A stretch of 64,000 bases of DNA from the NCBI GenBank assembly GCA_023383055.1, contig JAHDYP010000013.1, positions 1 through 64,000 on the forward strand. The letters are read 5' to 3'. The number at the start of each line of letters is the position of its first letter. Position 1 is the stretch's first letter. Both the position numbers and the translations under genes were made by a program. The notes beneath the pieces are model-generated. The model was given only the letters and a program-made list of their open reading frames with translations, was not told the origin of the DNA and searched no databases. This DNA comes from Verrucomicrobiota bacterium. Its GTDB lineage: Bacteria > Verrucomicrobiota > Verrucomicrobiia > Limisphaerales > JAHDYP01. Positions 1 to 15,300 of this stretch are shown here, piece by piece.

Positions 1-125
1 GAGAGTTTCTTGGCCAGGCGGGTGGACCCGCAATGGGGGCACTTTGCGCCCTTCCAGTTCGAGGAACGAACCAGGATTTCGCTCTCTTTTTGGCACTTCT
101 CGCAATGAAACTCGTAAAGCGGCAT
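1..125 (-). CDS. FmdB-family zinc-ribbon protein (partial; 3' end of gene lies beyond window start)
   Basis: Reverse-strand translation from ATG at 125 reads MPLYEFHCEKCQKESEILVRSSNWKGAKCPHCGSTRLAKKL.... Two CxxC pairs and the MP(I/L)YE(F/Y)xCxxC opening are the hallmark of FmdB-type zinc ribbons. Confidence 0.55.
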   Translation of the reverse strand, partial: MPLYEFHCEKCQKESEILVRSSNWKGAKCPHCGSTRLAKKL

Positions 126-132
126 GGGCGGA

Positions 133-234
133 TCATAACGGCGTTGCGCCGCCGACGCAAGGTTCCCGCCGGTCACCGCGGTTCATCACGTGATAAATCG
201 CGCCGGGATCCTCCACTCTCAATTTGCGCGCCAT
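133..234 (-). pseudogene. Remnant of IS200/IS605-like (REP-associated tyrosine) transposase, N-terminal 33 codons only
   Basis: Reverse-strand ATG at 234 translates to MARKLRVEDPGAIYHVMNRGDRREPCVGGATPL*. The (L)R(I/V)E.PGA(I/V)YHV.NRG start is the conserved N-terminus of Y1 (IS200-like / TnpA-REP) transposases, but the ORF stops after 33 codons. Confidence 0.45.
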
Positions 235-349
235 GCCGGCAAAGGTAGCGGGCAACCCAAACTAGCCAATCATAAGAACCCTTTTCCGTTCTCGGTCATG
301 GGGCCGACGGCTCGAACCCGGGCTGAAGGAATCACCGCCCGACGATCGT

Positions 350-1135
350 TCACCAGACGGCAAAACAGCCGCCACTCCCCCAGAGTCGCGATCCGCGATA
401 GGACTTCATCTGTTCGATGGCCTTCCACCGCACCGCGCCGTCGAGCATGGCCACGTGGCCACCCTGCGCGCCCACTTCGCGACTGGTCAGGCCCGCCGCC
501 TCGGGATCCCCCTGTTCGCCATCGCGGATGACCGCCCCCCCTCGCATGTGCGCGGCGAAGGTCCTGCCATATCCCGGCGACCAGTCGTTGAGGTCCGTGA
601 AGAGGATCAAGCGCGGGTCATCCGTGCTTCTCTGGGGGGAAATCCAGCCTGCAAACTCGCGGAACTGCGGCCAGGGTGTATCCCGGTGCCCGCCGAGGTA
701 ATTGTATCCGATGACATATCCGTAATCCGGATAGACCCAGCCGCCTTCGCGCAGGAACGGCTTGGGCAAACCGGGACACTCGAGCAATCGCGGGTCACCG
801 GTGTAAGTCACGAAACTCGATCGCGTGTTGGTCGAGAGCACCGGAATATGCGCATCGTCGGGATTGCTGTTGTCGGACTTGCCGGTGGGCAAACGTTCCA
901 GAAAATCGCCGGCATACATCTGGGCACCCATCAAGAGTTGACGCAAGTTGCTCTGGCACGCCGCTCGCCGGGCGCGTTCGCGACCCATAGAAACCGCCGG
1001 CAGCAGCAGCGCCGTCAGGATCCCGATGATTGCGAGGACCACCAGGAGTTCGATCAAAGTGAACGCCAGACGGCTGTGTGCCACCCCCGGCGTTGGCCGT
1101 GCCAGACGATTGCACCGTGCCCGGAAGCGCTTCAT
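350..1135 (-). CDS. Prepilin-type N-terminal cleavage/methylation domain protein, DUF1559-like (H-X9-DG family)
   Basis: N-terminus [25 protein letters not shown] is the class III signal / pseudopilin motif. The C-terminus ([13 protein letters not shown]) has the DUF1559 flavour. Start taken at MKRF (ATG ending at 1135), which overlaps the stop of the upstream LRR gene (ATGA). Confidence 0.8.
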   Translation of the reverse strand: MKRFRARCNRLARPTPGVAHSRLAFTLIELLVVLAIIGILTALLLPAVSMGRERARRAACQSNLRQLLMGAQMYAGDFLERLPTGKSDNSNPDDAHIPVLSTNTRSSFVTYTGDPRLLECPGLPKPFLREGGWVYPDYGYVIGYNYLGGHRDTPWPQFREFAGWISPQRSTDDPRLILFTDLNDWSPGYGRTFAAHMRGGAVIRDGEQGDPEAAGLTSREVGAQGGHVAMLDGAVRWKAIEQMKSYRGSRLWGSGGCFAVW

Positions 1136-2436
1136 TCGAATTGCACAAGCACGGTCCGCATGCCACCGAACCATGATGTCCCGGCGGAAGCCACCGGCGC
1201 GCTCCCGGTTTCGTTCGTCACGCTGCCCATGACCGTCCAGCTCACCAGATCTTCGGTGCTTTGGATTTCGTGAATTCCCGGGGGACCTTCAAGAAGGCCG
1301 CGGAGAATTCCCTCGCTTACTCGGGGTTCCACCAGTCGCGGAGTCACCGGATAGCGGTAAACCGCCACGCCGCTCGCTTCGAATGCGGTCACCAGTGCAG
1401 CCAGTCGGTTGGTGGCCAACACGTCGGGCAAAACCACCGTTTGCACCGGGTTGAAGCGCAATTCCAGCACCTGCAGATTCGTCAGCGTGTGGGCAACGGT
1501 AAAGGAAGCAAGCAGGTTGATCCCCAGATCGAGGGCTTGAAGTCGCCCCATCCGCGACAGCGAGGGCGCCTCGGTGAAGCGATTATCGTCCAGATACAAC
1601 GCCAGCAGATTCGTCATGTCCTCCGGAAATGCCACCTCGGCCAACTCGTTCTCCCCCAGATTCAACCACGTCAAGCGGCTGAGCCCGGACGGGAAATGAA
1701 AACCGGTCGATCGGTTGGAGGCCAGCTCCAGCGTCTCCAGATTGGGCGCCTGCGCCAGAGAAGACAAATCGGTCAGCCGGTTCACGGCGAGACTCAGAAA
1801 CCGCAACTCCGGCATCGGGCCGGGCAACGACAATTCCGTCAAGCCGTTGTCGTCGAGCAGCAGCTTCTGCAGCCCGGGCAGAAGGCCAAGAAATGACAAG
1901 TCACGAATCCGATTGTACCCGAGATCAAGGATCTGAAGCGCCGGCCGCACGCCATCCAGCTCCACCGTCGCCAAATCGTTGGCTTGCAGGTTGACCGAGG
2001 TGAGTCCCGGCAGCTGCGCCAGAAATGCCGTGTCGGTGAGCAGACATTCCGCAGCGTTCAATTCGCGCAGCGCGGGCAATAAACCTGCCGCTGCAAGCCG
2101 GGTGATGGGGTTGCCCTGCAGATTCAAATACTCCAGGCTCGAGAGATCGTCCGGCAACTGCACATCCGTCAGCCGGTTGAACCCGAGATCCAGTTCCTTG
2201 AGATTGATTGCGCCCGCAAAGCCTTCCAGGGTCACAATGTCCCTCCGCCGAGCCGACACGATCTCCAGTCCGTGCATGTCGGCGCGCGTCAGTTCACCGT
2301 CAGGCAACTGGAGGATTTCGCGAATCACCATTTCCAGATTCGGATCGGCGAAATGCACCGGTTGCGCCTGCGCCAGCCCCGCCATCAGCACGCCCACCCC
2401 CAGCCGTGGGATCCAGCTGCAAAACGGCCACGCCAT
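1132..2436 (-). CDS. Secreted leucine-rich-repeat (LRR) protein
   Basis: Signal-peptide-like N-terminus [26 protein letters not shown]. Many ~22-aa LRR units follow (LxxLxLxxNxIxDLSxL...: [47 protein letters not shown]...). The in-frame upstream extension to 2547 looks non-coding. Confidence 0.75.
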   Translation of the reverse strand: MAWPFCSWIPRLGVGVLMAGLAQAQPVHFADPNLEMVIREILQLPDGELTRADMHGLEIVSARRRDIVTLEGFAGAINLKELDLGFNRLTDVQLPDDLSSLEYLNLQGNPITRLAAAGLLPALRELNAAECLLTDTAFLAQLPGLTSVNLQANDLATVELDGVRPALQILDLGYNRIRDLSFLGLLPGLQKLLLDDNGLTELSLPGPMPELRFLSLAVNRLTDLSSLAQAPNLETLELASNRSTGFHFPSGLSRLTWLNLGENELAEVAFPEDMTNLLALYLDDNRFTEAPSLSRMGRLQALDLGINLLASFTVAHTLTNLQVLELRFNPVQTVVLPDVLATNRLAALVTAFEASGVAVYRYPVTPRLVEPRVSEGILRGLLEGPPGIHEIQSTEDLVSWTVMGSVTNETGSAPVASAGTSWFGGMRTVLVQFE

Positions 2437-2883
2437 CCGGGTCCACCGAGGATTTCCTGGCCGTAAGCCGCACGATAGCACATCTGAAATCTGGAGTTTA
2501 CGACCTCGGAAAGCAAGCGTACAACAGCCCGTCGGGCCGCCTCGCACCGGTGCCGGTCCGGCCTATGCTCCGTTCCTCGCTCAACGGGTATCCAGGGGTT
2601 GGCAGCTCCACAATTCGATCGGCATGCAATCAGACAAACCCATGGAGAACAGGTCAGCTCTTGTTATCAGCTACATTCTCCCCTGCCGCCATTGATACCG
2701 CCGCGTGTTCACATGGGCTACGCTGCCCCGCCGGCCGGCGGATTACGGAGCGGCGCGGGAATTATATTTGCCCGGGCATGCTGGTTTTGGTACCTCACTA
2801 GGCAATCCAGTCCGTCGGTTTACGCTTGGGTTAAGGCGCGGCCTACGGTCCGAAGGAAACAACCAACGTTCACCCGAAACCCT

Positions 2884-5055
2884 ATGCAAACGTTCCTTAT
2901 CGTGCTGGCGGTGATGGCCGCCCTGGTCGCCCTGGGCATCTCCATCCTCTGTATTCGCAAGATTCAGCCCGGACGCGCGGGGGTGAAGACCGGTTGGGGC
3001 GGGTTGAAGGTCTCGTTTGACTGGATGGTCCGGATCCCGATGGTCCAGACCTATCACATCGTCGATATCTCGGTGAAGAAGCTCGAGATCCAGCGGAAAG
3101 GCAAGGATGGCCTGGTCTGCAAGGACAACATCCGGGCGGACATCGCGGTGGCGTTTTACATCCGGGTGGACGCGACGGTGGAAAGCGTGCGGAAGGTGGC
3201 GCAGATGCTGACGCCGGAGCGGGTATCCGATCTGAACCAGCTGCGGGAGTTGTTCGAGGCGAAGTTTTCGGAGGCGCTCAAGACGGCGGGCAAACAGATG
3301 GAGTTCCACGAGTTGTTCACCGAACGGATCAAGTTCCGCGATCAGATCCAGGTGACGATCGGCAAGGACCTGGACGGATTCCTGTTGCAGGACGTGGCGA
3401 TCGATTATCTCGAGCAAACGCCGCTCGACCAACATGACCCGAGCAACGTCCTGGACGCCGAGGGCATCAAGAAAATCACCCAAATCACCCAGCGCGAACG
3501 CGTCCTCTCCAACGAATTCTCCCAGCGCGCCCAGGTGCAGGTCGAGAAGGAGAACGCCGACGCCGACATTGCGAAACGCGAGCAGCGCCGCCGCAACGAG
3601 GAGGACACCGCCAAGCAGGACCGCGCCATCACCGAAGCCAAGGCCAACGAGGAAGCCGAAGCCCGCAAGGTGATCGAAGCCCGCCGCCAGGAGGTCGAAG
3701 CCCGGCGGCTTCAAACCGAGGAATCGATCCGGCTGCGGACCGAAGACATGAACCGGGCGGTGCAGGAACGCGAGTTCACCGTCCGCAAAGAGAAACAACG
3801 GCTCGAGCAGGAAGCGGTTCAGGAGGGCGAAGAGGCCCGCGTGCGGCGCGAGCGCACGGTGTCGCTAGCCGAGATGGACAAGAACGTCAAGGTGGCCGAG
3901 GCGGGGGTCGAGGTGGAACGGAAGCGCGCCGTCGTGGTGGCCGAACAGAAGGCCGTAGTCCAGCAGGAGGAGGAGAAATTGAACATCGAGGCGCGGATGA
4001 CGGCCGAGCGGGTTCGCGAGGTGACGTTGATCGAAGCCGAGATGAACGCGAAACGCGACCAGGTGGAGAAGGTCGTGGCCGCCGAGGCCCAGAAGGAAGC
4101 CGACCGCCACCTGGCGGAGGCGGGGAAGATCAAGATTGTCACCGCCTCGGAGGCGACACGCGAGGCGGCGACGCGCGACGCCGAGCGGCTGCTGACGCTG
4201 GCCGAAGCCGAGGCCCGGGCTTCCGAGAAGAAACGGCATGCGATGGAACAGGAGGCCGAAGGCCGGGCGGCGCAGGAAGCGGCGGCGGGATTGGCGGAGG
4301 CCAAGGTGATCACGGCCAAGGCGGGCGCCAAAAAGATCGATGCGACCGCGGTCCGGGAGATGGGCCTGGCCGAGGCCGAGGTGATCAACGCGAAGGGCAA
4401 TGTGACGGCCGAGGTGACCGAGAAACAGGCCCAGGCCGAAGCCGAGGGACACAAGGACAAGGAGATGGCGTCGGCGGCGGGCATCGAGGCGCGCGGGGTG
4501 GCCGAGGCGAAGGGGATCGAGGAGAAGGCGAAGGCGATGAAGCTCCTGCACGAGGCGGGCCGGCAACACGAGGAATTCCGGCTGCAACTGGCGAAGGAAC
4601 GCGACGTCGAACTGGCCGCCATCCGGGTGGAGAAAGATGTGGCCGAGGCCCATTCGCGGATCGTGGGCGAGGCGCTTAAGCACGCGAACATCGATATTGT
4701 GGGTGGCGAGAACGACTTCTTCGAGAAGGTGGTGCGGGCGGTCGGGAGCGGGAAGGCCGTCGACCGGTTGATCGCGAACAGCGCGACGCTGGCGGACATC
4801 AAGGAGACGTTCTTCAACGGCGATCCCGAGCATTTCAAGGCGCAGTTGCGGCAGTGGGTGAAGGACTTCGGGATCGGCTCGGAGGACCTGAAGAACCTGA
4901 CCGTGGCGGCCCTGCTCGCCAGGCTGCTGGCGTCCACGAAGGATGCGTCGTTGCGGAACCTGTTGAAGTCGGCGCAGGCGATGGCCCGGGCGAGTGGCGT
5001 GGCGGACGTCCCCGCGGCGGCCGCGCTCGTGGCAACTCCAACGGTCGAGGCTTGA
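2884..5055 (+). CDS. Flotillin-family protein (SPFH/band-7 domain + long Glu/Ala-rich coiled coil)
   Basis: ATG at 2884 gives MQTFLIVLAVMAALVALGISILC (TM anchor). An SPFH core follows (VKTGWGGLKVSFDWMVRIPMVQTYHIVDISVKKLEIQRKGKDGLVCKDNIRADIAVAFYIRVD). After it comes a ~350-aa EA/K/R-rich coiled-coil 'flotillin' region and a conserved C-terminal tail. The upstream in-frame part of the 2599 ORF is junk. Confidence 0.85.
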   Translation: MQTFLIVLAVMAALVALGISILCIRKIQPGRAGVKTGWGGLKVSFDWMVRIPMVQTYHIVDISVKKLEIQRKGKDGLVCKDNIRADIAVAFYIRVDATVESVRKVAQMLTPERVSDLNQLRELFEAKFSEALKTAGKQMEFHELFTERIKFRDQIQVTIGKDLDGFLLQDVAIDYLEQTPLDQHDPSNVLDAEGIKKITQITQRERVLSNEFSQRAQVQVEKENADADIAKREQRRRNEEDTAKQDRAITEAKANEEAEARKVIEARRQEVEARRLQTEESIRLRTEDMNRAVQEREFTVRKEKQRLEQEAVQEGEEARVRRERTVSLAEMDKNVKVAEAGVEVERKRAVVVAEQKAVVQQEEEKLNIEARMTAERVREVTLIEAEMNAKRDQVEKVVAAEAQKEADRHLAEAGKIKIVTASEATREAATRDAERLLTLAEAEARASEKKRHAMEQEAEGRAAQEAAAGLAEAKVITAKAGAKKIDATAVREMGLAEAEVINAKGNVTAEVTEKQAQAEAEGHKDKEMASAAGIEARGVAEAKGIEEKAKAMKLLHEAGRQHEEFRLQLAKERDVELAAIRVEKDVAEAHSRIVGEALKHANIDIVGGENDFFEKVVRAVGSGKAVDRLIANSATLADIKETFFNGDPEHFKAQLRQWVKDFGIGSEDLKNLTVAALLARLLASTKDASLRNLLKSAQAMARASGVADVPAAAALVATPTVEA

Positions 5056-5085
5056 ACGGCGGCCCAGCGGCCCCGGGAGTGACGC

Positions 5086-10562
<5,477 letters not shown>

Positions 10563-10566
<4 letters not shown>

Positions 10567-11408
10567 AAAAAGTCATCCACCGGATCCAGGCCTTGGGCGA
10601 GAAAGCCGCCCAACTCAAACACGTGGTCGAGGGCGCTCCCGCGGTGGCGACGGGCATTCGCGATGCCGTGGCCGTGACCGCCGGCCAACTGCAGCAACTG
10701 CGGGCCGATGTCCAGGCCGGCGTGAGCGGCCTGCGCGTCGAGGACGAAGACCGGTTGCTCGCCGCGCTGCGCGAGGTCGGCACCAGCACCGAGCTCCTGG
10801 AAGAGGCCGGGTACGCGTTGGGCGGCGTGGATGTCGAACTGGGGCTGCTCCGGCGCATCGTGGTGCGACTCGAGAAGCTCGAGGACGTGGGGCTGGCGCG
10901 ACTCCGGGCGATCCACGCCTCGAGCGCGGGACGCTTCACCGTTCAGGCACTGTTGAACGCCCTCATCAAAGCGGAAGAGATGGCGGCGAAGGTCGACTTG
11001 CCCGACCTGACCTATCGGCAGTTGATCGTGGATGTCGGTCCGGCACCGACGGTCCGCGTTTGCTGGCGACCAGACGCGGTCGTGGTGGACGAGGAACCGG
11101 TGGCGACCAGACCCGCGGCGGCGGCGGCGACGGTGCCGCCGGTCTTGAGCGCCACCTCGTCGTTGCTGGGCAAGAGTTCCTTCTTTCAACCTCGCGAGGC
11201 TCCGCATTCGGAATCCGCTCCCGCGGTTCCCGCCGCGGCCGTGGTTCCCCCCGCCACGCCCGTCCCCGCATCGACCACGCTCGTTCCCGCCGCCGTTCCC
11301 GGGCTGTCCCTCACCACCGTCGAAGCAGAGTCGGCCCCCGGCGACTGGAAACGTGGCGCTTTGGATCGGTTCAAGCGCATGCCGGACCTCTCCAAATCCC
11401 GGCGTTGA
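10563..11408 (+). CDS. Hypothetical protein translationally coupled to the giant ATPase (281 aa; helical N-domain, Pro/Ala-rich C-terminal tail)
   Basis: Its ATG overlaps the giant gene's stop (ccATGAaaaaag, 10563-10566). The coding-strand codon bias is consistent with the neighbours. C-terminal third is Pro/Ala/Val-rich low complexity. No recognisable family. Confidence 0.6.
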
Positions 11409-11690
11409 GCCACAACAGGTCGTGCCTCGAGTGCCAGGACACGCGCAATCCGCACAGCGCCGCGACGAACGGGCTTGTTGGAATTGCGTCGGGTTCGGAT
11501 AGGCGGACCTCCGCCGCGGTGGCTGACCATCCCGACGCTTGCCTCATTGGGGACGAACAGGTCCAAGGTTCTGTGGTTGTGGAAGTCCCCCCCCCCATAC
11601 TCCTCCGAGCGTTGGACCGTAACAGGTTGCCATGAATCCATCGATCACTTTGGTGAAGGTCCCGCCACCAGTGTTGCGATGGCGACGATA

Positions 11691-11740
11691 GGGTGACAGG
11701 TTCGCGGTTTGAGGGCCCACGTCCAGTGAACCTGTCACCC
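11691..11740. other. Perfect 13-bp inverted repeat (GGGTGACAGGTTC ... GAACCTGTCACCC) with 24-nt loop; stem-loop / possible terminator or regulatory hairpin
   Basis: Read directly. Arms at 11691-11703 and 11728-11740 are exact reverse complements. It explains the mirrored MTGS..NLSPY ORFs on both strands. Confidence 0.5.
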
Positions 11741-12232
11741 TACATTGATCGAACGCGGAAGAAAGTCCGCAGCCACACCGGTGAACTCGAGTGGGACTGG
11801 GGCATGGGGAAACTCACTATCAACGCGCCCGCGGCACAAGGCGTCACCGGTTTTCTCAATGCGTTTGGGACCGTGGAGCTCGATGATATCCGTATCCAGT
11901 CTGGCCTGGATTACGGCTCGGTCTTGTTGGTCGCGATGGATGGCCAGCCCCTCGCCAGCTCGGCGAAGTTACTTCTCCAGGTCGCCAGCGAAGAGATTCC
12001 TTACGAATGAGCAACGAGCGGCCCGTCCGGAGTGCGTACGCTCACCCGTCGCGGGACCGTGCCGCTGCTGGTAAAGAACTTGAGCGGCACGGTCCAGCTC
12101 AAGCGGGCGGATGCGTCCGCACTGACGGTGACGCCGCTCGACTTCAACGGCTACCGCCTGAGCGTCACCCCGGCGGCGGCGACCCACATCGCGCTCCGGG
12201 CTGACGCACCCTACTGCATCATCGAGAAGTGA
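11693..12232 (+). pseudogene. Gene remnant (C-terminal fragment of an unknown beta-rich protein) interrupted by an in-frame TGA
   Basis: ORFs 11693-12010 and 12032-12232 are in the same frame, separated only by TGA at 12008-12010 (...LQVASEEIPYE*ATSGPSGVRTLTRRGTVPLLVKNLSG...). There is no credible N-terminus or signal, and the start coincides with the hairpin. Confidence 0.3.
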
Positions 12233-12290
12233 GAACCCCCCAGCCGCCGTTCCGATAGCGAACTGCCACCCTATTCTCAGCGCCGGGCGC

Positions 12291-12327
12291 ACAAAAAAAC
12301 AACCGGAGGGAAAACCCTCCGGTTGCG
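12291..12327 (-). terminator. Rho-independent terminator for the fasciclin-domain gene
   Basis: On the minus strand the sequence is CCGGAGGG-uuuu-CCCUCCGG followed by UUGUUUUUUUGUG, immediately 3' of the gene ending at 12351. Forward sequence is acaaaaaaacaaccggagggaaaaccctccggttgcg. Confidence 0.65.
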
Positions 12328-12350
12328 CGTGCTTCAACCAATACCCAGTC

Positions 12351-15300
12351 TTAATCGACGGCGATGCGATAGTACTTCGCACCGGCATCCATCGCGTCGC
12401 GGAAGCCGATCGGTTCTCCCGTTCCGGTCACCGGCTCGCCCACGTTCACCCATTCGATCGGGTTGGCCATGAGATCCGCCGTGGACTGCAGTTGATAACT
12501 CCGTCCCGCTTCGGTTGGCGTTTGAATGGCGATCTGCCCTTCTTCAATCCCCGCGACCAAAGTCGGTGCCTGCGGTGTCGGCGGCAGGAGCACTTGATCG
12601 ATGATGTGCGCCACGCCATTGGAGGCGAGCAGGTCGGCCTCGATCACCGTGGCCTCGTTGACCTTGACGGTATCGCCCGTGATGGTGATCTGGACATCCG
12701 CGCCGGCCACCGTGGTGAGCGGTCCGGTGGTCAGATCCGACGACAGCGCCCGGGCGGCCACCGCATGGTAGAGCAGAATGGCGGTCAACCTCTCCGGATC
12801 CTGGAGGAGCTCGTCGATGAGTTCCTGTCCCAAGGCCGCGAAGGCGGCGTTGTTGGGTGCGAAAACCGTGAGCGGTCCTTCACCGGCCAGCGCGTTGGTC
12901 AAACCGGCAGCCTGCACCGCCGCGACCAGGGTGCTCAGGTCCTCGCGGGAGGCCAGGAGCTCGACCAAATCGGGCTCGGTAACGGGCGCGATCAAGGGCA
13001 GCGGGTTCCGGACGCCCTCGTTGCTGAACACGTGATAGGCGGCCACGGCGGTCCAGTCGCCCGCCCAGTTGTAATCAGCGAACGCGCCGATATAATTGAC
13101 GGGGGTGTAGAAGCCGTCGGCGGGGGCGGTGCGCGGGCTATTCCAGGCGGGGCTGTCGGGCGCCAGGCGCGGATCCAGGCCTCCGTCGCCCACGCGGCTG
13201 ATGCCCAGCAGCTTGGGATCCTCGATGCGGTTGTTGCGGGCGGCGTCCTCGAACAGCACCGCAGCATTGGGCGTCACCGCCAGGTTGGCGACCGTGTTGT
13301 CGTTGTTGAATCCCCACCAGAGGTTGTCGCGGAAATCCAGCAGCCCGCTCTGCAAATGCGCGTCGGACCGGCTGTCGATCGAGATGCCCTGCCGCGAGAA
13401 ATCCGTGAAGATACTGTTGTAAAAGCGCGGGGCCGCATACCACCGCACGGTGAAGGCGTTATTGTTGGCGCCCTGACCGGCCGGCGCGTTCTGGCCCGCC
13501 CCGATGAAGGTGGCATTGTAAACCGTGAAGTTCGCAACCGGCTCCGCGCCCACACCGATGTCGTTGGGCTCGCCATTCAACTCCGCGCTCTTGTCCACTT
13601 TGCCCGGTTCCTGGATGACAAACACAAACTGATGTTTGCCCCGGAAACCCTGGTCGGTATCGAAGCTGTCGTCGTCGTTGAAGGCGCTGACCATGTACTT
13701 CGTGTTCACCTTGCCGCCGAAGAACTCGAACCCGTCGTCCGCCACCGCATACGCTTCGCAGAACTCGACCACCGTCCCTTCGCCCACCGCGCCGAAGGAA
13801 ATCCCGTTGAACTCCTTGTTGGCGGCAAACACCACCCCGGCGTGCCGCACCGACAAGTAGCGCAACACTCCCGAGCTGTCCTGGTCGTCGTCCCCACCAA
13901 GCCGATGCACATTCTGGCCATTGACCACGATGTCCTCCAACCCCTCATACACATCGTATTTCGGGGTGGCCGCGTCGCCCGCCACGTTGGACGAGGTGTT
14001 GATGCGGGCCCGACCCAGCAAGGTCAGCCCGCCCCACAGGCCCCGTTCGTAGATGCCCAGCGTTCCCGGGTTGTTCACGTCATCGTCAAGGGCCGTCATG
14101 ATGATCGGGTTCTGCGCGGTGCCGTTGGCGAAGATCTTCGCCCCCCGCGTCACCACCAGGGCGCCCACCGGGTCGGCCGTGCCTTTGATCACCGTGCCCG
14201 CCTCGATGTGCAATTCGGCCCCCTCCAGCGCATAGATGAACCCGTTCAACACATACTCGTTGGTCCGATACCACTGCACCACACCCGTCAGCGGCGCCGT
14301 CACCTGGATCGTATTCGCGGCGCGGGGCGCGACAATACCGTAGGCGGAAAGGGCGGTCCAATTGGCGATCCAGAGGTCGTTATCGTCGAACGCGCCGATG
14401 TAATTGACGGGGGTGTAGAAGCCGTCGGCGGGGGCGGTGCGCGGGCTATTCCAGGCGGGGCTGTCGGGCGCCAGGCGCGGATCCAGGCCTCCGTCGCCCA
14501 CGCGGCTGATGCCCAGCAGCTTGGGATCCTCGATGCGGTTGTTGCGGGCGGCGTCCTCGAACAGCACCGCAGCATTGGGCGTCACCGCCAGGTTGGCGAC
14601 CGTGTTGTCGTTGTTGAATCCCCACCAGAGGTTGTCGCGGAAATCCAGCAGCCCGCTCTGCAAATGCGCGTCGGACCGGCTGTCGATCGAGATGCCCTGC
14701 CGCGAGAAATCCGTGAAGATACTGTTGTAAAAGCGCGGGGCCGCATACCACCGCACGGTGAAGGCGTTATTGTTGGCGCCCTGACCGGCCGGCGCGTTCT
14801 GGCCCGCCCCGATGAAGGTGGCATTGTAAACCGTGAAGTTCGCAACCGGCTCCGCGCCCACACCGATGTCGTTGGGCTCGCCATTCAACTCCGCGCTCTT
14901 GTCCACTTTGCCCGGTTCCTGGATGACAAACACAAACTGATGTTTGCCCCGGAAACCCTGGTCGGTATCGAAGCTGTCGTCGTCGTTGAAGGCGCTGACC
15001 ATGTACTTCGTGTTCACCTTGCCGCCGAAGAACTCGAACCCGTCGTCCGCCACCGCATACGCTTCGCAGAACTCGACCACCGTCCCTTCGCCCACCGCGC
15101 CGAAGGAAATCCCGTTGAACTCCTTGTTGGCGGCAAACACCACCCCGGCGTGCCGCACCGACAAGTAGCGCAACACTCCCGAGCTGTCCTGGTCGTCGTC
15201 CCCACCAAGCCGATGCACATTCTGGCCATTGACCACGATGTCCTCCAACCCCTCATACACATCGTATTTCGGGGTGGCCGCGTCGCCCGCCACGTTGGAC

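Noticed and set aside
290-335. tRNA-like T-arm motif (ggctcgaacccgg) near the start of the window
   Set aside because: No flanking acceptor or anticodon stems could be built by eye on either strand. Probably a chance match. A proper tRNA scan of all intergenic regions was not possible without tools.
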